From an uncultured beta proteobacterium (GTDB taxonomy: Bacteria; Pseudomonadota; Gammaproteobacteria; Burkholderiales; Casimicrobiaceae), in contig CAVQKL010000012.1 in the NCBI GenBank assembly GCA_963713125.1, positions 65,628-129,627 of the forward strand: DNA of 64,000 bases. The letters run 5' to 3'. Both the position numbers and the translations under genes were made by a program. Positions 49,129 to 61,428 of this stretch are shown here, piece after piece. The notes under the pieces are model-generated. The model was not told where the DNA came from and searched no databases. It saw nothing but the letters and a program-made list of their open reading frames with translations. Each line of letters opens with the position of its first letter. The first letter of the stretch is position 1.

Positions 49129-49963
49129 TCAGCCGATCTCGCGATGGCGCGTGTGCACCTGGTAGCGCCCGGCGAACGCCTGCGCCAGCCGCTCGGCCAG
49201 ATAGACCGAGCGATGCCGGCCGCCGGTGCAGCCGATCGCCCACGGTCAGGTAGTTGCGATTGTCGCGCGCGTAGTCGGGCAGCCAGCTCGCGACGAAATG
49301 GTAGATGTCGGTGTACATGCGCTCGACTTCGGGATGGCTCTCGAGGTAGGCGATGACCGCCTGGTCCTTGCCGGTGAGCGGCGCGAGCGCGGGCTCGTAA
49401 TGCGGGTTCGGCAGGCAGCGCACGTCGAACACCAGGTCGGCGTCGAGCGGCACGCCGTGCTTGTACCCGAACGACTGGAACAGCAGCGTCATCCGCGACG
49501 GGTCGACGCTGATGAAGTCCTTGACCCAGCGGCGCAGCGCCGCCGCGGGCAGGTCGCTGGTGTCGAAGCTGTAGCCCAGCGAGCGGATGTCGGCGAGCCG
49601 TGCGCGCTCGAATTCGATCGCCTCGCGCAGCGTGCGGTCGTCGCTCGAAAACGGGTGCCGTCGCCGCGTTTCCGAAAAGCGCTTGACCAGCGTCTCGATC
49701 TTGGCGTCGAGGTAGACGAAGCGCACCTTCCAGCCGTCGGCGCGCGCGGCATCGATCGCCGCCTGCAGGCCTTCGAGCGCCGGATCGGTCTTGACGTCGA
49801 GCGCGATCGCCACGCGCTCCTGCTGCGCCCGCTTCAGATGGTCGAGCAGGCCGCCGAGCTGCGTCGACGGCAGGTTGGATACCGCGTAGTAGCCGCTATC
49901 CTCCAGCGCCGCGAGCGCGACGCTCTTGCCTGAGCCCGAAACGCCGCCGATCAGGACCAGGTC
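49129..49963 (-). CDS. rapZ: RNase adapter protein RapZ (YhbJ), C-terminal frameshift
   Basis: [60 protein letters not shown]...[84 protein letters not shown]... then ...[36 protein letters not shown]. Confidence 0.85.
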
Positions 49964-50017
49964 CATGTTGCGCCATCCGGGCGACGCACCCACTGCCGCG
50001 CACGATGGCGCATTGCG

Positions 50018-50978
50018 TCAGCCTCCGTCTTCCATCAGCTTCTGCTGCCGCTCGATGAACTCCTTGGTGCTGTCGATGCCGCGCTGGTTGAGGACGAAAT
50101 TGCGCACGGCGGCCTCGACCAGCACCGCGAGGTTGCGGCCGGCTGCGACGGGAATCGTCACCTTGCGGATCGGCACGCCGAGGATCTCCTGGTAGGTCGC
50201 GCTGACCTGCAGCCGATCGAGCTCGGAGAATTGCTCGTTGCTGTGGTCCTCGAGGTGGACCATCAGCTTGAGGAGCTTGCGCGGCCGCACCGCGGTCTCG
50301 CCGAAGATCGTGCGGATGTTGAGCACGCCGATGCCGCGCACTTCGAGGAAATCCTTGAGCACCGCAGGGCAGCGGCCCTCGAGCGTGTCCGGCGAAATGC
50401 GGTACAGCTCGACGATGTCGTCGGCGACCAGGCCGTTGCCGCGCGAAATGAGCTCGAGCGCGAGCTCGCTCTTGCCGATCGCGGACGCGCCGGTGATCAG
50501 CACGCCCATCTCGAGCACGTCGAGAAACACGCCGTGCAGCGACGTCGACTCGGCGAGCATGCGCGACAGGTAGAGGCGGATCACGTCGACGACGTGCGGC
50601 GACGGCTGCGGCGAGGTCAGCAGCGCCATGTGGTGCCGGTTGCAGGCATCGAGCAGGTGCTTGGGGATTTCCTCGCCGTTGGCGACGATGATCGCGGCCA
50701 GGTCGGTGGTGAACAGGCGCGCGATCGACTGCTGCAGCGCGTCTTCGGGCAGGCTGCGCAGATAGGCCGCCTCGGCGGCGCCGATCATCTGCACGCGGAA
50801 CGGATGGATGAAATTCATGTGGCCGACCTGGCCGATCGTCGGCTTCAGCGCGGCTTCGCCGGTAAGCACGCGATTGCCGCCCTGGCGGCCCGCGAGCCAG
50901 GTCATGCCCAGCCGCTCCTGGTTGTCGGCGATCAGGCGCTCGATGCTCACCTGCCGCACGGCGCCGCTGTCGTTCATT
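50018..50978 (-). CDS. hprK: HPr kinase/phosphorylase, apparently intact
   Basis: MNDSGAVRQVSIERLIADNQERLGMTWLAGRQGGNRVLTGEAALKPTIGQVGHMNFIHPFRVQMIGAAEAAYL...HGVFLDVLEMGVLITGASAIGKSELALELISRGNGLVADDIVELYRISPDTLEGRCPAVLKDFLEVRGIGVLNIRTIFGETA... The ATG overlaps the ptsN stop. Confidence 0.9.
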
Positions 50979-51441
50979 GTGGCTCGGGCTGCCAGTCGGC
51001 GAACACCTGGTGCACTTCGGCGGCATCGGCCGCCATGCGCGACCTGCTCGCGAAACGACCTTTCGCCGAACATCTGCGCGAGCTCGGACAGGAGCTTGCA
51101 GGTGCTCCTCGGTCGCGTGTTCGGGCACGAGCAGCACGAACACCTGCTCGACCGGCTTGCCGTCCGGCGCGTCGAACGGAATCGGCTGCTGCGGCCGGAC
51201 GAACGCGCCCATCGCCTCCTTGAGCCCCTTGATGCGGCCGTGCGGAATGGCGATGCCCTGGCCCAGCCCGGTCGACCCGAGCCGCTCGCGCGCGAACAGG
51301 CTGTCGAACACGACCGAGCGCGCGATCTGCGACTGCGTCTCGAAAAGCTGGCCGATCTGCTCGAACAGGCGCTTCTTGCTGGTCGCTTCGAGGTTGAGCG
51401 CGATGTTCGCTTCCGGCAGAAGCTGCGCGATCTGGTTCATC
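50975..51441 (-). CDS. ptsN: PTS IIA-like nitrogen-regulatory protein PtsN (EIIA-Ntr), one frameshift
   Basis: MNQIAQLLPEANIALNLEATSKKRLFEQIGQLFETQSQIARSVVFDSLFARERLGSTGLGQGIAIPHGRIKGLKEAMGAFVRPQQPIPFDAPDGKPVEQVFVLLVPEHATEEHLQ... then ...FAERSFREQVAHAADAAEVHQ. Confidence 0.85.
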
Positions 51442-51508
51442 GTCTGGGATCGAGTGGTCGACGGAATCCGGAGCGACGCGCGGCAGCGCCGCTCCACGCC
51501 GGACGCGA

Positions 51509-51882
51509 TTATACGCCGCGATAACGGCTTATTGAGCGCGCGCCTTGCCCGGCGCCGGGGCGTCTGCCGGTGCGCTTGATCGCGCCGGGCTCGTGGCGGT
51601 GGCCGTTCTGCTTTTCCTTGTGCCGAAGGACCTGCCGGTCGAGCTTGTCCGCAAGCGCGTCGATGGCCGCGTACATGTCGGGATCGATGCACTCGGCATG
51701 AATGTCCTTGCCGCGTATGTGCAGATTGGCGGTCACCTGTTGCCTGAGCTTGTCGACCGACAACACCACGTTGACGTCGATCACGTGATCGAAATGCCGC
51801 GTGACGCGTTCGAGCTTGGCGGTCACGTAGTCGCGGATCGCGGGAGTGATCAGCAGGTGATGTCCGCTCAGGCTCAGGTTCA
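51509..51882 (-). CDS. hpf: Ribosome hibernation-promoting factor (sigma-54 modulation protein)
   Basis: [92 protein letters not shown]. In the conserved rpoN-hpf-ptsN position. Confidence 0.85.
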
Positions 51883-51918
51883 TCCGGCTCTCCTTGCATT
51901 GGTGCAGCGTCGTGCCGA

Positions 51919-53368
51919 TCAGATGGCCTTGCGCAGATTGACCGGAGGTATCTGCAGCGCTTCCCGGTACTTGGCGACGGTGCGGCGTGCGACGACGATG
52001 CCCTGGTCGCCGAGCAGGTCGGCGATGCGGCTGTCGGTCAGCGGCGAATTCGGATCCTCGGCGCCGATCAGCTGCTTGATCAGCGCCCGGATGGCGGTCG
52101 CCGACGCCGCGCCGCCGGTATCGGTGGCGACGTGGCTGCCGAAGAAGTACTTGAGCTCGTAGGTGCCGCGCATCGTCAGCATGTACTTCTGCGCGGTGAC
52201 GCGCGAGATCGTCGACTCGTGCAGGTTCAGGATCTCGGCGATCTCGCGCAGCACCATCGGGCGCATCGCGACTTCGCCGTGATCGAAGAAATGCCGCTGC
52301 CGGTCGACGATGGCCTGCGACACGCGCAGGATGGTCTCGAACCGCTGCTGCACGTTGCGGATCAGCCATTTCGCCTCCTGTAGCTGCGCCGCGAGCTGCT
52401 GGTTCGACGAGCCGCGGTTGCGCGTGAGGATATCGGCATAGATGCGATTCAGCCGCAGCTTGGGCATCGCGGCCTCGTTCAGCGCCGCGACCCAGCGACC
52501 CCTTATCTTTCTTACGACCACGTCCGGAATCACATAGTTCGCTTCGGTCTTGGAAAATTCGCCGCCCGGACGAGGATGCAGGCTGGTGATCAGCGTGCGC
52601 ACGCCGCGCAGGCCCGCGTCGTCGATGTGCAGCAGCCGCTTCAGCTTGCCGAAGTCGCGTGCGGCCAAGCAGCGGCAGGTGATGCTCGACCAGCTTGAGC
52701 GCCTCGGACAGAAAGGGCGTCGTCGCGGGCATCACCTTGAGCTGCAGCGCCAGGCATTCGGCGGCGTCGCGCGCGCCGACGCCGGCGGGCTCGAAATTCT
52801 GCAGGTGCCGGAGCGCGATCGACAACTCGTCGGCCTCGATGCCCAGCTCCTCGGGAAACAACTCGAGAATCTCCTCCAGCGACGTCGTCAGGTAGCCGTC
52901 CTCGTTCAGCGCGTCGATCAGCGCCGATACGATCTGGCGGTCGCGCAGCGGAAGATTGAGCTCGGCGAGCTGCGAATTGAGGTGGTCGCGCAGCGAGCTG
53001 GTCGCGACCTGCTGCGGCGAGAAGTTCTCGTCGTCGTCGTCGCTCGCCGCCGGACGAGCTGCCCCAGTCGCCTTCGCCGCCGCCGGCGCTGGTCATCGAA
53101 TCGAAATCCGACTGCAGCGTGCCGTCGGGATCGCTCCAGCGGCTCGTCGACGCGTCGCCGGAGCTCGCCGCCGACTGCGCGAATTCCGGCGGCGGCGCAA
53201 CGTGCTCGTCGTCGTCGGCCTTTTCGAGCAGCGGGTTTTCCTGCAGCAGGCGCTCGACTTCGGCGTTGAGCTCGAGCGTCGAGAGCTGCAGCAGGCGGAT
53301 CGACTGCTGCAGCTGCGGCGTCAGCGTGAGGTGCTGACTGAGCTTGAGCTGGAGCGTCGGCTTCATCG
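51919..53368 (-). CDS. rpoN: RNA polymerase sigma-54 factor RpoN, frame disruption(s) in the acidic linker
   Basis: N-terminus [49 protein letters not shown]-terminal half ...[26 protein letters not shown]...[80 protein letters not shown]... (RpoN box [10 protein letters not shown]). Confidence 0.9.
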
Positions 53369-53504
53369 CGTTGCCGCCGTGCGCCGGCGGCGCGGCGAGC
53401 CGGTGCTGCGGTGCGAGCAACGGGCACCGGGGCCGCCGGCGGTGCGGCAGGCCGCATGGCCGGCAGGGACTTCCGCACCTGCCTGGGCGGATCATCGTCA
53501 TGGG

Positions 53505-54230
53505 CTAGAGCCGGAAATGCTCTCCGAGATAGACCTTCCTGACGTTTTCATTATAAACAATTTCGTCCGGCGTTCCCGAGGCCAGCACCCGCCCCTCGTT
53601 GATGATATAGGCGCGGTCGCAGATGCCCAGCGTTTCGCGCACGTTGTGATCGGTGATCATCACGCCGATTTCGCGCTCCTTCAGGAAGCCGATGATCTTC
53701 TGGATGTCGAGCACCGCGATCGGATCGATGCCGGCAAACGGCTCGTCGAGCAGGATGAAGCGCGGTCGCGTCGCCAGCGCGCGCGCGATCTCGACGCGCC
53801 TGCGCTCGCCGCCGGAAAGGCTGACCGCCGACGCATCGCGCAGGTGCGAGATCGACAGGTCTTCGAGCAGCGCGTCGAGCCGGTTGGCGATCTCGTCGGC
53901 GTCGATGCCCTGCAGCTCGAGAATCGCCTGCACGTTGTCGGCAACCGACAGCTTGCGGAAAATCGACGCTTCCTGCGGCAGGTACGACAGGCCCAGGCGC
54001 GCGCGCGAGTGAATCGGCATTCGCGTCAGGTCGTCGCCGTCGAGCTCGATCGTGCCGCCGTCGGCGGCGACCAGTCCGACGATCATGTAGAAGCACGTCG
54101 TCTTGCCGGCGCCGTTCGGGCCCGAGCAATCCGACGACCTCGCCGCTGCCGACCGCCAGCGACACATCGTGCACGACGATGCGCGACTTGTAGCGCTTGT
54201 TCAGCGCGGCGACCGATAGCGTGCTCATTG
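53505..54230 (-). CDS. lptB: LPS export ABC transporter ATP-binding protein LptB, N-terminal frameshift
   Basis: [37 protein letters not shown]... then ...[70 protein letters not shown]...[104 protein letters not shown]. Confidence 0.9.
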
Positions 54231-54239
54231 CGTGCGCGC

Positions 54240-54932
54240 CGCGCGTCACTTGCCGGCTGGCGGGCCGATCCTGTCGTCGGGCTTGAGCGGCAGCGGCGGG
54301 TTGGGCTTGGCGCGGCGCGGCGGCGCGGCGGCCGCGCCCTTGCGCGCTCTTGCCGTCCTTGCGTCCTTCGCTTCCGGCTGGAACACGCCGCGCACCCGCG
54401 CGCCGAGCGGCACTTCCCCGGCGGCCGGCGGTCGCGCTGTCCGGGCGGCCTTCGGCCTTGAAGACCTCGGTCGCCGCGTCGTACGAAATGTAGTTGCTGC
54501 GGATCTCGTCGCTGCCTTTTCTCAGCAGCGCGTCGTCGAAAAGCTCGACGAAACGCTTCTGTCCGTCGTAGACGATGCGCTGCGCGAAGCCCTCGTAGTA
54601 TTCGTCGACGCCGTCGCGCTTCTCGCGGAACGTCACCGGATTGCCGTACGCGGTCGCCGACAGCGAGTTGTCGGGGTTCTGGTGGAAGACGATGCGATCG
54701 GCGTGAATCGACAGCGTGCCCTGCGTGACGACGACGTTGCCGGCCAGCTCGCCGTTCTTGGTCTCGGCGTTGCCGCCGCCGGTGTCGCCCTGGAAATTGA
54801 TCGGCTTGTCGCGGTCGGCCTTCTCCGCCCACGCCGGCGCTGCCGCGAGGCCCAGGCAGAGCAGCGCACACGGCAGGCGCGCGCAGCGCCGACGGCGAGC
54901 AGCGTGCGCATCGTGTGATCGATCATCGGCTT
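54240..54932 (-). CDS. lptA: LPS transport periplasmic protein LptA, frame-disrupted
   Basis: MRTLLAVGAA...(signal)...VTFREKRDGVDEYYEGFAQRIVYDGQKRFVELFDDALLRKGSDEIRSNYISYDAATEVFKAEGRPDS. OstA-like fold. Position between lptC and lptB. Confidence 0.7.
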
Positions 54933-54934
54933 AC

Positions 54935-55542
54935 TTCTGCTGGGGCTCGAATTGCCCGCTGACGCGGGAGCTGAAGCTTGATCGTCTTGGTCTTGTTGTC
55001 GAATTCCATCCCTGTCGCATTGATTATCCCACGCGGGTCGGCGATCGTCACCGCCTTGTCGGTCACGATCTTGTCTTCCTTCGGCATGCACCTGCAGGTA
55101 TTCGCTGGTGATCGTGGTGGGTCCGTCGCGCGCCGTGTCCGACGACGGCGTCGCGCACGCCCTTGACGTGGCCGGTGAAGGACGACGTGCTCGCGATCGC
55201 CGCTGACGCTGGCCCTGTCGGCGGTGACGGTCAGCCGCGGCTTGCCCGGGTCGTTGAACGTGATCCGCGGGCCTTCGAGATCGGTCGAGTCGTCGTCCGG
55301 ATAGTGCCGCGCGGCGCTTGGCCATCAGCGCCTGGTGGATGCGGCCCTTGTCGTCGAGGCTGGCCGCCTTGAAGTTCTCGATGTACAGGTCGGGATCGTG
55401 CCGGCCCGAGCCGTCGAATTTCGGCAGCCGGCGCGCGCACCTGCGCGTCGAGCCAGTAGGTCATCGCGGCCAGCGCGCCGAGCAGCAGCGCCGGCGACCA
55501 CGCGACGACACGGTCGAGCAGCGTCTGGCGAAAGCTTCATTG
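54935..55542 (-). CDS. lptC: LPS export system protein LptC, frame-disrupted
   Basis: MKLSPDA...ALLLGALAAMTYWLDAQVRAPAAEIRRL...TSEYLQVHAEGRQDRD... The ATG overlaps the kdsC stop (ATGA). Membrane-anchored. Position kdsC-lptC-lptA-lptB. Confidence 0.65.
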
Positions 55543-56068
55543 CGCGAATGCCTTCAGCAACGGCGCGAGCGCGCCCTGCGCGGCAAGGATGAGCTCGCAC
55601 AGCTCGCGCACGGCGCCGGCGCCGCCGTCGGCGCGGGTGACGTAGTGCGCTGCGTCGCGCACCGCCGCGGGCGCGTGCGGCACGGTCGCGCCCAGTCCGC
55701 AGCGCATGATCACCGGCAGGTCGGGCATGTCGTCGCCGATGTGCGCGCAGTCCCGGGCGTCGACGCCAAGCTGCTGGCGCAGCCGCTCCCAGGCGGCGAA
55801 CTTGTCTTCGGCGCCCAGCACGACGTGCGCGACCGCGAGATCCTCGGCGCGCCGGGTGACCGCCGGCGCGCGGCTGCCGGAAATCCAGGCGACGGTGATC
55901 GCCCGATTGCTGCAGCATCTTCAGGCCGAAGCCGTCGAGCGTCGAGAACGCCTTGAGCTGGCTGCCGTCGGCCGCGTAGTAGATCTTGCCGTCGGTCAGC
56001 ACGCCGTCGACGTCGCAGGACAGGAGGCGCACGCGGCGCGCCCGGCCGTCGAGGTCGGCCGGCGTCAT
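55540..56068 (-). CDS. kdsC: 3-deoxy-D-manno-octulosonate 8-phosphate phosphatase KdsC, one frameshift
   Basis: MTPADLDGRARRVRLLSCDVDGVLTDGKIYYAADGSQLKAFSTLDGFGLKMLQQSG... then ...LGAEDKFAAWERLRQQLGVDARDCAHIGDDMPDLPVIMRCGLGATVPHAPAAVRDAAHYVTRADGGAGAVRELCELILAAQGALAPLLKAFAQ*. Confidence 0.85.
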
Positions 56069-57075
56069 ACGACCTTGGCGCGGAAAAGATCGTGCATGTG
56101 CAGCGCGCCGACGAGCTTGCGCTCGTCATCGACGACCAGCAGCTGGCTGACCTTCGGCGGCGTTTCCATCAGCTCGACGCAGTCGATCGCCAGCAGGTCG
56201 GCGGCGATCGTTCGCGGATTGCGCGTCATCAGCTCGGCGACTCGCGCGGCGCCGAAATCGCGCACGCGGCCGAGGCTGCGCCGCAGGTCGCCGTCGGTGA
56301 AAATGCCGGCGACGCGCCGCTCGTCGTCGACGACCGCGGTCATGCCCATGCCCTTGCCGCTCATCTCGACGACCGCGTCGGCGAGCGACGCGTCCAGCCG
56401 CGACCGTCGGCAGGTCGGCGCCGATGCGCATGACGTCGCGCACGCGCGTCAGCAGCCGGCGCCCCAGCGCGCCGCCCGGATGCGAGCGCGCGAAATCCTC
56501 GACCGAGAAGCCGCGCGCGTCGAGCACCGTCAGCGCCAGCGCGTCGCCCAGCGCCAGCGCCGCCGTCGTGCTCGCCGTCGGCGCGAGCCCCAGCGGACAG
56601 GCTTCGCTGTCGACGCTGGCGTCGAGATGCACGTCGGCGGCCTGCGCCAGCGACGACCGCTCGTTGCCGGTCAGCGCGATCAGCCTGGCGCCCTGGCGCT
56701 TCAGGTGCGGGATCAGCAGCACCAGCTCGTCGGTTTCGCCGGAGTTCGACAGCAGCAGCACGACGTCGTCGGGGGTGATCATGCCGAGGTCGCCGTGGCC
56801 CGCCTCGGCGGCGTGGACGAAGAACGCCGGCGTGCCGGTCGAGGCGAGCGTTGCCGCGAGCTTGCGCGCGATGTGGCCGGACTTGCCGATGCCGGTGACG
56901 ACGACGCGGCCGCGGCAGCCGAAGATCGCGCGCGCCGCGGCGACGAATGCATCGCCCGAGGCGATGCTGCAGCGCATCGATCGCCATCGCCTCGGTCGCC
57001 AGCACGCTGCGGCCCAGCGCGAGCGCGCGGCCGGCATCGACGCCCGGCGCGGCAGTGCGGCGCGGCCGGGGCATG
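56065..57075 (-). CDS. kdsD: Arabinose-5-phosphate isomerase KdsD (SIS + tandem CBS), frame-disrupted
   Basis: ...GRVVVTGIGKSGHIARKLAATLASTGTPAFFVHAAEAGHGDLGMITPDDVVLLLSNSGETDELVLLIPHLKRQGARLIALTGNERSSLAQAADVHLDASVDSEACPLGLAPTASTTAALALGDALALTVLDARGFSVEDFARSHPGGALGRRLL... plus CBS pair ...MSGKGMGMTAVVDDERRVAGIFTDGDLRR...LLVVDDERKLVGALHMHDLFRAKVV*. Confidence 0.85.
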
Positions 57076-57225
57076 TGCGCGGATCGGTGTCGGCATGCGG
57101 CCAGTATACCGTCACTTAGAAAGCGGTTGCTCTGTGCTACATTCGCGACGGCGCTCTCGCGGCGCCGTGCGATCGGGCGCAGGGGAGTGCGGCGTCGCCG
57201 CGCGTCCGCAGCGCGCACGCAAAAC

Positions 57226-59197
57226 GATGACCCATACACTGCAACTGATCCTGCTGCTGCTCGCCGCCTCGGTCGTCGCGGTCGTGCTCTGCCGGCTGGT
57301 GCGGCTGCCGCCGATTCTCGGCTACCTGGCCGTCGGCATCGCGGTCGGTCCGCACGCGCTGGCCTGGGTGCCGGACGACGCGAACGTGCGCGATCTGGCC
57401 GAATTCGGCGTCGTCTTCCTGATGTTCTCGATCGGCCTCGAATTCAGCCTGCCGCAGCTCAAGACGATGCGCCGGGCGGTGTTCGGGCTCGGTCTCGCGC
57501 AGGTCGCGATCACGACCCTGGTGGCGATGGTCGGCCTGCATTTCCTGCACTTCAGCTGGCTTGCCGGGTTTCGCGCTCGGCGGCGCGCTGGCGATGAGCT
57601 CGACCGCGATCGTGTCGAAGTTGCTCGCCGAACGCTCGGAGCTCAACTCGCCGCACGGGCGCGACGTGATGGGCATCCTGCTGTTCCAGGATCTCGCGGT
57701 CGTCGCGTTCCTGATCGCGATTCCGACGCTGGCCGAGGGCGGCGCGGACCTGTGGAAACCGCTGGCCATCGCCGCCGGCAAGGCCGCCGTCGCGCTCGCG
57801 GCGATCCTGTTCTTCGGCCAGAAGCTGATGCACGGGTGGTTCTTCATCGTCGCCCGGCTGCGCTCGTCGGAGCTGTTCATGCTCAACGTGCTGCTGGTCA
57901 CGCTCGGGCTGGCGGCGCTGACCGAGCTTGCCGGACTGTCGTTCGCGCTGGGCGCATTTCTCGCCGGCATGCTGATCGCCGAAACCGAGTACCGCTACCA
58001 GGTCGAAGAAGACATCAAGCCGTTTCGCGACGTGCTGCTCGGCCTGTTCTTCGTCAGCGTGGGCATGTATCTGAACCTCGCCGTCGTCGCCGCCAACCTC
58101 GGCTGGGTGCTGCTGCTGCTGATCGGGCCGGTGCTGGCCAAGCTGGTCGCTGATCGTCATTCTGGCCAGGGCGTTCCGTTCGCCGCTCGCGACGGCGCTG
58201 CGCACCGGCTTCTATCTGGCGCAGGCCGGCGAGTTCGCGATCGTGCTGCTGGCGCTGAGCACCGATCTTCACGATCCTGCGAATCGACGTTTCCGCAGCT
58301 CGTGCTCGCGGCGATGGTGCTGTCGATGCTGGCGGCGCCGTTCATGATCCAGCTTGCCGAGCCGCTGGTGCGCCGGCATGACCGCCAACGACTGGCTCGC
58401 GCGCGCCGCGCAGGTCACGCAGATCGCGGCGCGGACGATCTCCCGCCAGGATCACGTGATCATCTGCGGCTATGGCCGCAGCGGCCAGAATCTGGCGCGG
58501 CTGCTCGAGACCGAGGGCATTCCGTTCCTCGCGCTGGATTCGGATCCCCAGCGCGTCGCCGAGGCGGCCGTCGACGGCGGCAACGTCGTCTACGCCGACG
58601 CCGGCCGCCGTGAAGCCCTGATCGCGGCCGGGCTGCAAAAGGCGCGCGCCGTGGTGATCACCTTCGCGGACAACGCACTCGCGATGAAAATCCTGCACCA
58701 GGTGCAGCATGCGCGGCCCGAGGTGCCGGTCATCGTGCGCACGTTCGACGATACCGAGCTCGATCGCCTGCTGAAGGCGGGCGCGGCCGAGGTGGTGCCC
58801 GAGGTGCTCGAAGGCAGCCTGATGCTCGCGTCGCACTCGCTGCTGCTGCTGGGCGTGCCGCTCAACCGCGTGCTGGCGCGGATCCGCGCGGTGCGCGAGG
58901 AGCGCTACAGCATCTTCCGCGGCTTTTACCACGGCGCGACCGATGCGGCCGACGCGGCGGACAACCTGCAGCCGCGGCTGCATTCGGTGCTGCTTACCGA
59001 ACGCTCGACCGCGGTCGGCAAGTCGCTGGCCGAGATCGATCTGGAAGGGCGCGTGGAGGTCACCAGCGTGCGGCGCCGCGGCGCGCGTGCCGCCGCGCCG
59101 GCGCCCGACTACCGCTTCGAGGCGGGCGACGTCCTGGTGCTGCTGGGCAAGCCCGGCGATCTCGTCGTTCGCCGAGCGGCGCTTGCTGCGCGGCTGA
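57226..59197 (+). CDS. Monovalent cation:proton antiporter-2 (CPA2) family K+/H+ antiporter (KefB/KefC/YbaL-like) with C-terminal RCK (TrkA-N/TrkA-C) domains, frame-disrupted
   Basis: MTHTLQLILLLLAASVVAVVLCRLVRLPPILGYLAVGIAVGPHALAWVPDDANVRDLAEFGVVFLMFSIGLEFSLPQLKTMRRAVFGLGLAQV...LGGALAMSSTAIVSKLLAERSELNSPHGRDVMGILLFQDLAVVAFLIA...; RCK: HVIICGYGRSGQNLARLLETEGIPFLALDSDPQRVAEAAVDGGNVVYADAGRREALIAAGLQKARAVVITFADNALAMKIL...; TrkA-C: GKSLAEIDLEGRVEVTSVRRRG...GDVLVLLGKPGDL. Confidence 0.8.
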
Positions 59198-59289
59198 CGC
59201 CGCTCGCTGCGACCCGCCGCCCGTCGTTGTTGCGTTGCGGCGAACGGGCTACAATCGACGATCCTTCCCTGGATCTTCCACCGTTCCGA

Positions 59290-60158
59290 TGCCGGTCGCC
59301 GCTACCGCGGATACGCATGCCAGCCTGAGCCCGACGCGACGGCTCGACCCCGCCGCGGCGGCGATCGAGCTCGCCGACGTCTGGTTCGCCTACGACCGCC
59401 GGCAGGTGCTGCGCGGCATCACGATGACGGTGCCGCGGGGAAAGATCGTCGCGATCATGGGCGGCAGCGGCTGCGGCAAGACGACGATCCTGCGTCTGAT
59501 CGGCGGCCAGCTGAGGCCGAAGAAGGGCAAGGTGCTGGTCGGCGGCCAGTCGGTTCCCGATCTCGAGCCCGACGCGCTTTACGCGCTGCGCCGCAAGTTC
59601 GGCATGCTGTTCCAGTTCGGCGCGCTGTTCACCGACATGACGGTGTTCGAGAACATCGCGTTTCCGATGCGCGAGCACACCGATCTGCCGGAATCGATGA
59701 TTCGCGACCTGGTGCTGATGAAGCTCGATGCCGTCGGGTCTGCGCGGCGCCGCGCAGCTGATGCCGTCCGAGTTGTCCGGCGGCATGGGCCGCCGCGTCG
59801 CGCTCGCGCGCGCGATCGCGCTCGACCCGATGCTGGTGATGTACGACGAGCCGTTCGCCGGCCTCGATCCGATTTCGCTGGCGGTGGTCGGACAGCTGAT
59901 CCGGCGGCTCAACGATGCGCTCGGCATCACCTCGATCGTCGTGACGCACGACGTCTACGAGTCGCTGAAGATCGTCGACTACCTGTATTTCGTCTCCGAC
60001 GGAAAGATCGTCGCCGAGCGGCACGCCGCGACGAAGTGCGCGCGTCCGAGCGACCCGTTCGTCCGCCAGTTCGTCGACGGCGCAGCCCGATGGGCCGGTG
60101 CGCTTCCATTATCCGGCGCCGCCCGTACCACAAGGAGCTGCTGGCCGATGTCGAGTGA
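59290..60158 (+). CDS. mlaF: Phospholipid ABC transporter ATP-binding protein MlaF, frame-disrupted
   Basis: ...IELADVWFAYDRRQVLRGITMTVPRGKIVAIMGGSGCGKTTILRLIGGQLRPKKGKVLVGGQSVPDLEPDALYALRRKFGMLFQFGALFTDMTVFENIAFPMREHTDLPESMIRDLVLMKLDAVGL...MPSELSGGMGRRVALARAIALDPMLVMYDEPFAGLDPISLAVVGQLIRRLNDALGITSIVVTHDVYESLKIVDYLYFVSDGKIVAE. Confidence 0.85.
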
Positions 60159-60961
60159 CGCGATAGGCGGCGTCGCCGCAGGCGCTGCGGCGCCTCGGCG
60201 GCACGGTGACCGGCGGGGTCGCGCGGCTGGGCTACATGGCCCGCTTCCTCGGCGCCATCCTCTGGTACACGCCGATGGCGTTTCGCCGGCTGCACCTGAC
60301 GGTGCGCGAGATCTATTTCTCCGGCGTGCTGTCGCTGGTGATCATCCTGATGTCGGGGCTGTTCGTCGGCATGGTGCTGGCGCTGCAAGGCTACGAGGTG
60401 CTGCGGCGCTACAGCGCGCAGGAGCAGCTCGGCATCGTGGTCGCGCTGTCGCTGGTCAAGGAACTCGGGCCGGTGATCGGAGGTCTGTTGTTCGCGAGCC
60501 GCGCCGGGTTCGGCGATTACCGCCGAGATCGGGCTGATGAAGGCGACCGAGCAGCTCTCGGCGATGGAGATGATGGCGGTCGACCCGATCGCCCGCGTCG
60601 TCGCGCCGCGGTTCTGGGCGGGCGTGATCTCGATGCCGCTGCTCGCGGCGCTGTTCTCGGCGTTCGGCATCTTCGGCGGCTATCTGATCGGCGTGCGCGT
60701 GATCGGCATCGACGCCGGCGCTTTCTGGGGGCAGATGCAGGCCGGCGTCAACTTCTGGCCGGACATCACCAACGGCATCATCAAGAGCGTCGTCTTCGGC
60801 GCCGCGGTGTCGTTGATCGCCGTGCTCGAGGGCTACGACGCGAAGCCGACTGCGGAAGGCGTGTCGGCGCGACGACCCGCACGGTCGTGGTGTCGTCGCT
60901 GGCGATCCTGGCGCTCGATTTCGTGCTGACTGTGTTCATGTTCAGGGGAGTCGGTCTATGA
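60158..60961 (+). CDS. mlaE: Phospholipid ABC transporter permease MlaE, frame-disrupted
   Basis: ...[93 protein letters not shown]...[110 protein letters not shown]. Confidence 0.85.
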
Positions 60962-61428
60962 ACCGTGCCGCGATCGACCTCTGGGTCGGCGTGTTCGTCG
61001 CGATCGGCCTGGGCGCGATCCTGTTCCTCGCGCTGAAGGTCGGCAATCTGCTGACCCTGGACCGGACGCCCAGCTATCGCATCGAGGCGAACTTCGACAA
61101 CATCGGCGGGCTCAAGCTGCGCTCGCCGGTGAAGGCCGCCGGCGTGGTCGTCGGCCGCGTCGAGTCGATCCGGCTCGACCCGAAGACCTATGCGGCGGTC
61201 GTGACGATGCGCATCGATCGCGACTATGCATTCAGCAAGGACACGATCGCGTCGATCAACACGTCCGGGCTGCTCGGCGAGGTCTACATCGGTCTCGATG
61301 CCGGCGGCGACCCGGCGATGCTGAAGGACGGCGACAGGATCGCCAAGACGCAGTCGGCGGTGGTCATCGAAAAGCTGATCAGCCAGTTCCTGTTCGACAA
61401 GGCGGCAGACGGGGGAGCCAGCAAATGA
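60958..61428 (+). CDS. mlaD: Phospholipid ABC transporter substrate-binding protein MlaD (MCE domain), intact
   Basis: [118 protein letters not shown]. Confidence 0.9.
   Translation: MNRAAIDLWVGVFVAIGLGAILFLALKVGNLLTLDRTPSYRIEANFDNIGGLKLRSPVKAAGVVVGRVESIRLDPKTYAAVVTMRIDRDYAFSKDTIASINTSGLLGEVYIGLDAGGDPAMLKDGDRIAKTQSAVVIEKLISQFLFDKAADGGASK

Noticed and set aside
49896-51899. 667-aa ORF on the minus strand, plus other very long ORFs such as 26496-28400 (634 aa), 18718-20862 (714 aa plus strand, opposite hslU) and 36794-37771
   Set aside because: At about 70% GC, stop codons are rare in all six frames. These ORFs are Arg/Ala/Pro-rich low-complexity translations, overlap or lie antisense to strongly conserved genes (hprK/ptsN, hslU, pepN), and only short pieces of them correspond to real proteins in the correct frame.
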